Shown here: positions 54,466 through 64,000 of the stretch, in pieces
Layout: every line of letters begins with the position of its first letter
Position numbering within the stretch: position 1 is the stretch's first letter
From: Octopus vulgaris
Lineage: Eukaryota
Direction of reading: 5' to 3'
DNA length: 64,000 nt
Assembly: GCA_951406725.2 (NCBI GenBank)
Contig: OX597828.1
Location: forward strand, 23,436,001-23,500,000
The notes under the pieces: generated by a model
What the model saw: the letters and a program-made list of their open reading frames with translations, nothing else
Database searches by the model: none
What the model was told of the DNA's origin: nothing
Made by a program: the position numbers and the translations under genes

Positions 54466-54582
54466 GTGATCCTGGTCATACTGGACCACCAGGCCCTGTT
54501 GGCCCAAAAGGAGACCAAGGCATTATGGGCAGACCGGGGATACCAGGAAAACCAGGAAAAGATGGTCAGCCCGGCCAACAAG
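54466..54582 (+). CDS. Collagen triple-helix exon (13 Gly-X-Y triplets), same gene; absent from the ORF track
   Basis: Acceptor ctttatttgttttag and donor gtaaga. 117 bp, phase 1/1, in frame with the previous exon. Reads [39 protein letters not shown]. Confidence 0.95.
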
Positions 54583-54727
54583 GTAAGAATATGTTATACA
54601 TTTCTACTTTCAAACACATATATCTTGTAAAAACAACGATGCGCGACACTTTCGGGTCTTGAGTCAGATTTTCAGGTTCCTCCTGAGTACATAAAATGAT
54701 AAATGAGTACGTAATCGCACATGTATG

Positions 54728-54775
<48 letters not shown>

Positions 54776-54781
<6 letters not shown>

Positions 54782-55070
54782 CATTATATAGAGGGTACTA
54801 CTATTCATAGATACCGCACGCTAGGAGGGGCCCTTGCGGCCATAACTACTAAAATAAACAAACTGTACCGAATGCAAAACTTCAAAGCAAGTCATTTAAA
54901 AAAAGAATTTAGTTACATATCCTAGCATGCGGTATCTATGAATAGTAGTACCCTCTATATAATATAAATATATATTCAAAGTGGAAAAATTTACGGATTT
55001 TTTCTCTTACGAGGTTTTTCACGCTAACTACTGATAATTTCTTATAAAGATTTTATCCTCAATTTTAAAT
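54776..55070. mobile_element. Fold-back element in (TA)n, family of 22470-22870
   Basis: Same arm and tail sequence but a different inversion breakpoint. Confidence 0.8.
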
Positions 55071-55137
55071 ATATATATATATCTATATATCTATATATAT
55101 ATACACATATTTATATATATACATACATACATATATA

Positions 55138-55180
<43 letters not shown>

Positions 55181-55202
55181 GTATTATGTATGTATATATA
55201 TG

Positions 55203-55456
55203 CACAAAATAACTGAGATTCAGATGAATTAGGTACTTAAGTTGTGGCACCAAAAATTAGTGCGGCATTATCCGTACAATTTCAAAATGAGGTGGATAAA
55301 ATCAAAATAAGCAACAGAATATCCAGAGGTGATGCAGTACGACCGTTTCAAGGGGATATCTCGGCATTTAAATTGATGTAATGATTGCATTGCTCAATTG
55401 AATGGAGGCGCTTGAAACGTTCGTTCTGCATCACCTCCGGGTATCCTGTTGCTTAT

Positions 55457-55460
<4 letters not shown>
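55203..55460. mobile_element. Fold-back Penelope-like fragment in (TA)n
   Basis: Inverted arms at about 55304-55350 and 55411-55459, with a GAAAC-GGTC-GTA-CTGCA half motif. Confidence 0.55.
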
Positions 55461-55552
<92 letters not shown>

Positions 55553-55773
55553 TCCATTCCCTAATTTGGGGTAATTATTCGCATGCACATAGGAAACCGA
55601 GCTCGTAATTGCAAGCTATAGAATAACATTTCGCAGCGTAGCAAACTTCACTATCGAAACAATTTGCAACCTTCGACGTCAGTAAACCACTATTGTTCCA
55701 GAAAGTTCTTTTCGTGTATTCAGCAGACTGCTCCAAGCTTACTAACTTGCTACATCTTGCTCCTTGAATCTTA

Positions 55774-55906
<133 letters not shown>

Positions 55907-56090
55907 ACATATATATATGCGCGTGTGGATATTGGTGAGTGCCGCTGTTAGTGAAATTTATTTTTAGAAAAAATATGACCTTATAACATTCATGAGCTGA
56001 TTCAGTGTTTAAGCCATTCAAAGAATATGTTTTGTATGGCTCACTAAAATAAGGATACCAAATCTATTCACACTACTGCTGCTGTTGCTG

Positions 56091-56139
<49 letters not shown>

Positions 56140-56162
56140 AAATACTACAACTGATAATAATG

Positions 56163-57334
<1,172 letters not shown>

Positions 57335-57844
57335 GAGGCAGGACGTGATATGAGCACAAACCGCAAATAAAGAGTTGAACATTAGTAAAATCTTCAGGGA
57401 TTTCTCAATCCAAATATATTACGTGCTAGAGCATAACATACCAGACCTAGTTGTAGTGGATACGGTGCACCACGTATGATATATAGTAGGTGTTGAATGC
57501 CCCTTTGACCCACGAATAGTCAAGAAGGAAAACGGAAAGATAGATAGATACAACCCTCTTAAGAACGAAATAGCCTGGTTATGGAAAATGAAGGTGAAGA
57601 TAGTGCCAATTATTGTTGGGTGCATAGGAACAGTATCAGAAAGCATCAAGAGGAATATAAAGGAAATCGGAATAGAGCATCCAGTAGAACTTTTACAAAA
57701 GGTTTGCCTCCTCTGTACAGACAGAATAATCAGGAAAGTATTAGATAAGTGAAAAGAACGGATAGTATGGTACCGTAGGCTGCAAGTAGTAAGCCCGCTA
57801 CGCATGCAAGGCTCCGGGTGCTCCAACACACCTGTGATAAAGAG
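57335..57844 (+). mobile_element. 5'-truncated R4/Dong-clade element, divergent subfamily
   Basis: YEHKP...LEHNIPDLVVVD...CPFDPRIVKKENGKIDRYNPLKNEIAWLWKM...PIIVGCIGTV...LLQKVCLL...IIRKVLDK-stop at 57752. Confidence 0.88.
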
Positions 57845-58311
<467 letters not shown>

Positions 58312-58314
58312 TGA

Positions 58315-58508
58315 TGGTTTCAAATTTTGCCTCAAGGGCAGATATTTTGGGGGAGGGATGAGTCTTTTACATCGGCATCAGTGTTCAACTGGTACTTATT
58401 TTATCGATCTCGAAAAGGATGAAAGGCGAAGTCGACATAGGCAGAACGTAGCGACGGGCGAAATACCGCTAAGCATTTCGTCTAGCGCGTTAACGATTCT
58501 GCCAGCTC
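58315..58508 (-). mobile_element. Family M SINE
   Basis: Reverse-complement similarity to 1185-1418. Confidence 0.75.
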
Positions 58509-58522
58509 AATAATGATGATGG

Positions 58523-58581
<59 letters not shown>

Positions 58582-58929
58582 AAGGTGGTAGTGGTGGTGG
58601 TGGTGATGATTTCTTTTATTGGCCACAAGGGCCAAAGACATGGTGGGCAATATCAAAGACGCGCCCTTGAGGAAACTTTACGAGGAATAGAATACTTTAT
58701 TCATAGCGTATACTGAGATTAAATAATTGAAATCGATGCTAAAGAATAAAAATAAAGATACATACGGCATTTGTAGCTTTGGTTTATCTTATTTCAAACT
58801 TTAAACGAGACGTAATAAATACGAAAACTGTGAGCGTATGTTGTCACGTCATAATTTTGTGCAAAATCTCTGTACAGACAACATTTGAAGTATATTAAAG
58901 TATATTGAGCTCTTAAATAAACAGTTATA

Positions 58930-59491
58930 ATAAGTTGTCCGGAAAGTTCATGCCAATTTATAGTAGCTTATCTTTCGATATATTTTAGAACATGATTGAG
59001 TCCATAAAATAGGATTTGACTACAACTCAATTTAGCGCACAGTTTAAGCTATCTTTTCGTAGAAGAAGTTTTATGTTCCTATAACCTGTGTTAATTCTGT
59101 AACCCTTTAAAATGGAAGATAAGAAAGTTCATTTTCGGCACTTGATGCTTTGGAAACCAGACAAAATTGCTGCTGCTCTGCTGGGATGTGTTACCCCACC
59201 CTCCATATTCACCAGATATTGCTCCTTCGGATTTCCACTTATTCAGGTCTCTACAGAATAGTCTTAATGGTAAAAATTTCAATTACTTGGATGACGTAAA
59301 AAGATATATTGTTGAATTCTTTTGCTATGAAGCCACCTCAATTCTGGAAAGAGGGTATTTTCAGGTTACAGAAATGATGGAGACGCATTGTGCAACAAAA
59401 TGGTTCATATTAGGTTGATTAAAACTGTAATGGCAAGTATTTATTGACCTTTTTCTTTCCTTTAAAAATCGGCACGAACTTTCCGGACAAC

Positions 59492-59495
<4 letters not shown>
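58930..59495 (+). mobile_element. Internally deleted mariner element
   Basis: TIRs gttgtccggaaagttcatgccaattt and aaatcggcacgaactttccggacaac with TA flanks. MEDKKVHFRHLMLW joined to WDVLPHPPYSPDIAPSDFHLFRSLQN. Confidence 0.9.
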
Positions 59496-59590
<95 letters not shown>

Positions 59591-59981
59591 AATAGTGTGT
59601 GTATTGCTCATTCTCCAATAATGATTGCCATCTTTTCTGCTCATGGACTGGAGCATTTTAACACTGTATTCTAATTTCCTGTTAGCAAATATTTCTAACA
59701 TAATGTCTGAAACAAATAAATACACTTTCTTTACAATGTTTGTTTATTTGCAAGTAGCATTTGATTTGTTGTATATATTTCCAATTATATCGTGTGTAAA
59801 AATATTGCATATATTTTTCACAAAATGGCTGAAACAATTAAGTTAATATTTCCTAAATTTATATTTAATTACAAATCGCTACAAACGTAACAGACTACGT
59901 TTTATATAAGGATTTGTTGGTTTTGTATTTTACAATTTTTACATAATTATAAGTTGTTGACATATATTTCATATCATATAA

Positions 59982-60129
<148 letters not shown>

Positions 60130-60212
60130 CACACCTTCAATTATGAAATTCAGAAATTAAAACAATAACTACATACAGTCTTGTTCTTTTCTTTGAGGGG
60201 GTAGACTTGTAT

Positions 60213-60515
60213 AGGTGGTCCAGTGGTTAGGGCAGCGGTCTCGCGGTCGTAGGATCGCGGGTTTCGATTCCCAGATTTGACGTTGTGAGTGTATATTGAG
60301 CGAAAACACCTAAAGCTCTACGAGGCTCCGGCAGGGGATAGTGGCGATCTCTGCTGTACTCTTTCGCCACAACTTTCTCTTACTCTTTCTTCTGTTGGCC
60401 TGCTCGCTTAGCCAGTGGGGTGGCGTCATTTGAAGGCTAAAACAATGCGAACGCATTGTGACCAGCGATATGTAGCAATATCTGACAGCCTGGTCGGTCA
60501 CGGTGATGACGGTGA
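60213..60515 (+). mobile_element. tRNA-derived SINE (head type R, tail 3)
   Basis: Head and core as in 15518, but with a different 3' half ending (gacggtgat)n. Confidence 0.85.
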
Positions 60516-60519
60516 TATA

Positions 60520-60556
<37 letters not shown>

Positions 60557-61164
60557 GAATATATCAAATTCAAACTTGTTTACGTGCCTAAATGTGTGTG
60601 TGTGTCTTAGTGTGCGTACTTGAGTGTAAGTTTTGTGTGAGTTTGTGTGTGTCTGCATGTGTCTGCCAGAGCCTAGTGGAGCTTTAGGTCTTTTCACTTA
60701 GTAAACACTCACAGCACCCTGTCTAGGTGCGCGCGCGCGCGTGTGATTATAGTTAGGGTTTAGTGCGAATCGAAACGATTGTGGTGCAGGAATATAGTAA
60801 GCATCAAGCCTGTATGCATAACATTTAGTTATGATAAGTATGTAGTCTTTATTTACTGTTTGTATTCCATACATTCGTTTATATATGTGTGTGTGTTTGT
60901 GTGTATGTATGCATATATGTATGAATGTATGTATGCATGCATATGTGTGTTGCCGCTCTTGTTGCCGCTCTTGTGGAAGAACTAGCTGCAAATTACACAC
61001 ATCAGCACCTCAAAAGTATTCATGCGTCTAAACATACAGGAAATTGGAGCAACGAATGGAAATGCATATCGTTATATCAACTTCAGGACTTGATGTGTTG
61101 TTAAATAGCCTAAGAGGAAAACGAGAAGCAGATTCGAGATCTGTGGGATTTTATATAGAAGTAA

Positions 61165-61990
61165 GGCGCAGGCGTGGCTGTGTGGTGAGTAGCTTGCTAA
61201 CCAACCACATGGTTCCGGGTTCACTCTCATGCGTGGCATCTTGGGCAAGTGTCTTCTACTATAGCCACGGGCCGACCAATGCCTTGTGAGTGGATTTGGT
61301 AGACGGAAACTGAAAGAAGCCGGTCGTATATATGTATATATATATGTGTGTGTGTGTGTTTGTGTTTGTCCCCCTAACATTGCTTGACAACCGATGCTGG
61401 TGTGTTTACGTCCCCGTCACTTAGCGGTTCGGCAAAAAGAGACCGATAGAATAAGTACTGGGCTTACAAAGAATAAGTCCCGGGGTCGAGTTGCTCGACT
61501 AAAGGCGGTGCTCCAGCATGGCCGCAGTCAAATGACTGAAACAAATAAAAGAGTAAAAGAGTAAAAGAGTAAAAGAGGCGTGGCTGTGTGATAAAAAAAT
61601 TTCTTTCCTAACCAAGCAGCTCCGGGTTCAGTCACCTCGCGTGTCACCTTAGTTAAGTACCTTCTAGTATTGCCTCGGGATCGCTAAAGCCTTGTGAGTG
61701 GATATGGAAGACGAAAACTGAAAAGAAGCTCGTTGCATGTTTGTGCGAGTCTGAGTGTATCTTTCTGCTTCTCTCCCTCACTGCTTGTCCAACCGTTGTT
61801 GGCTTCTTTACGTCCGTGTAAATTATTACTTCGGCAGAAAGTGAGCGGTAGAATAAATACCAAGATTAACAAATTCACATCAATACTGAGGTTCATTTGT
61901 TCGACTAAAACGCACTTTAAAAAGCTCTTCAAGACGAGTTCGAGGGATAACCACAGTTTGATGATTAAAACGAGGAGAAAACTAGAAGAA
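61165..61990 (+). mobile_element. Family O SINE (61165-61576) followed by an old diverged copy
   Basis: Consensus-like first copy; second head at about 61577. Confidence 0.88.
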
Positions 61991-62364
61991 TAGCTCCATC
62001 GGTGACGTCTTAGACCAGAGGCTTTGTATGTAAGAGACTCTGTCTAGTTACAGTAATTCGTAATAAAAAGAGAATATTATATTTAAGAATAAACATATTA
62101 ATCATTGAAAAACAATATTGATACATAAGTTGTTTTTTTTAAATTACAAAATATTAGTGAGTATATATACACAGACACACACACATACACACATATATAT
62201 ATATATATGTATATACATATCTATGTATGTATATATATGTATGTGTGTATATATATATATGTGTATATGTATATATATATAAATATATATCCTAAAGAAA
62301 TTTTGATGAATTTTCCTGTATTTACGAAAAATACTGACACACTCACTCGTAGATATATATGCAG

Positions 62365-62395
<31 letters not shown>

Positions 62396-62434
62396 CATAT
62401 ATATAGATATACGCACATATATACACATATGTTC

Positions 62435-62467
<33 letters not shown>

Positions 62468-62702
62468 CACACACACATATGCACATGTATTTGTGTGTGT
62501 ATGAGAGGAAGTGGGGAGTGGGAAAAAGACGAGGAGAGAAATCGCCGCAGATTCAAAGAAATATTAACTGAAAAGAAACAGAAAAATAAACAACAAATTT
62601 AGGAAAAACTGATAATTTCATAAACTACATATGTATATAATAACACACGCACGCTCACACAGACAGACCAGACACATATATGTATGCATATTGGTATAAG
62701 TG

Positions 62703-62793
<91 letters not shown>

Positions 62794-63599
62794 GTATATA
62801 TATTTATATGAATGGATAGATATGTATTTATGTGTGTACGTGGGCATGTGTGTATATGTATGTGTATGTGTGTGTGAGTGTATGTTTGTGGTGGGTGTTT
62901 GTGTGTGTGTGAGTGTGTGTGTGTGCGTGTGTGTATAAGAAAAAGAGTGGTGAAGAGAGACAGAAAGAAGGAGGGTGAGAGAGACGAAATATATTTATAA
63001 TTCTGTTAAATATTTTAATCTGATATCGAAATAGAATTGAAAGATTTTCAACAGATTTAGCTTCTGTAAGTCTGATTTCGCTGTTACAACACCATATGTG
63101 TGTGTATGTGTGTGTGTGTGTGTGCTGCGTTATTGCGTGTGTTTTTGCGTGTATGTTTGTACATGTATACTGATTTGCATATAAAATGACAGGCATGCAT
63201 AACACAAATACACACACGCATATGCGTGCACGTGCATATACCATCATAGTGTTTCGAGCCTTCGGCGTGTTGGCTCTGGCTAACACTATTGTAATATGCT
63301 TGGTTAAGGGAGTAGAGAGAAACTTGGATTCTTTTGCACTTGTACTTGTAAAACTGCTGTTCAGTTTAACACATTCTATAAACGTCCTTTCACCCTAGGG
63401 TTTCCGTTCAGGGGAGTGGGGGAGCAAGGGTTAGTACCAGCCAAGGAATCTCCTGATTTTGCGGTAATGCTTGCCGCCTGTCCTTAAACAAACATATTCA
63501 GATGTTCCAAAAGTAACGACCGCATAAAAACGGCACCTGGGGCGGACAGTCCCCTTGTTATAGCTACTGGTTAATCGCCCACTTTTCTGCATGTTATAA

Positions 63600-64000
63600 T
63601 CTTTTCTACCATGAGCACAAGGCCCGAAATTTGTGGGGAGGGGGTCAGTCGATTAGATCAACCCCCTGTACGCAGCCTGTACTTAATTTATCGATCGCGA
63701 AAGGATGACAGGCAAAGTCGATCTCGGGGGAATTTGAACTCAGAATGTAACGGCAGACGAAATATCTATTTCTTTACTACCCACAAGGGGCTAAACATAG
63801 AGGGGACAAACAAGGACAGACAAACGGATTAAGTCGATTATATCGACCCCGATAGGATGAAAGGCAAAGTCGAACTCGGCGGAATTTGAACTCAGAACAT
63901 AACGGCAGACGAAATACCGCTAAGCATTTCGCCCGGCATGCTAACGATTGTGCCTGCTCGCCGCCTTAACAAAGTCGACCTCGGCGGAATTTGAACTCAG
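63600..64000 (-). mobile_element. Family M SINE multimer
   Basis: Repeated aaagtcgacctcggcggaatttgaactcag, with the same internal junction as 40457-40878. Confidence 0.82.

Noticed and set aside
58621-58650. GHKGQR collagen-like peptide
   Set aside because: Only two triplets, no acceptor, and it matches the family M SINE tail.
63399-63463. Possible exon GFPFRGVGEQGLVPAKESPDFA after an AG
   Set aside because: No regular Gly-X-Y register, weak donor, and adjacent sequence resembles a MITE end.

Overview
Eukaryotic, very AT-rich DNA saturated with microsatellites. The SINE repertoire and repeat style suggest an octopod cephalopod genome (inference). Almost all ORFs in the supplied track are translations of microsatellites. 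The only convincing host coding sequence is two 117-bp Gly-X-Y collagen exons on the + strand (52514-52630, 54466-54582), plus a candidate 23-nt microexon (49471-49493). The rest looks like intron or intergenic DNA filled with decayed mobile elements: several tRNA-derived SINE families, R4/Dong-clade retrotransposons with restriction-like endonuclease (RLE), Penelope-like remnants, CR1 and RTE fragments, mariner and pogo-like derivatives and Helitron-like elements. The most interesting signal is an apparent partition of microsatellite niches. Divergent R4/Dong subfamilies stack head-to-tail, in a fixed orientation, inside (AAT)n arrays and share a covarying 3' stem-loop. Short fold-back Penelope-like units carrying variant minimal hammerhead-ribozyme motifs (CCGAYGA core) sit inside (TA)n arrays. 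Exon coordinates were counted base by base; repeat boundaries are approximate.
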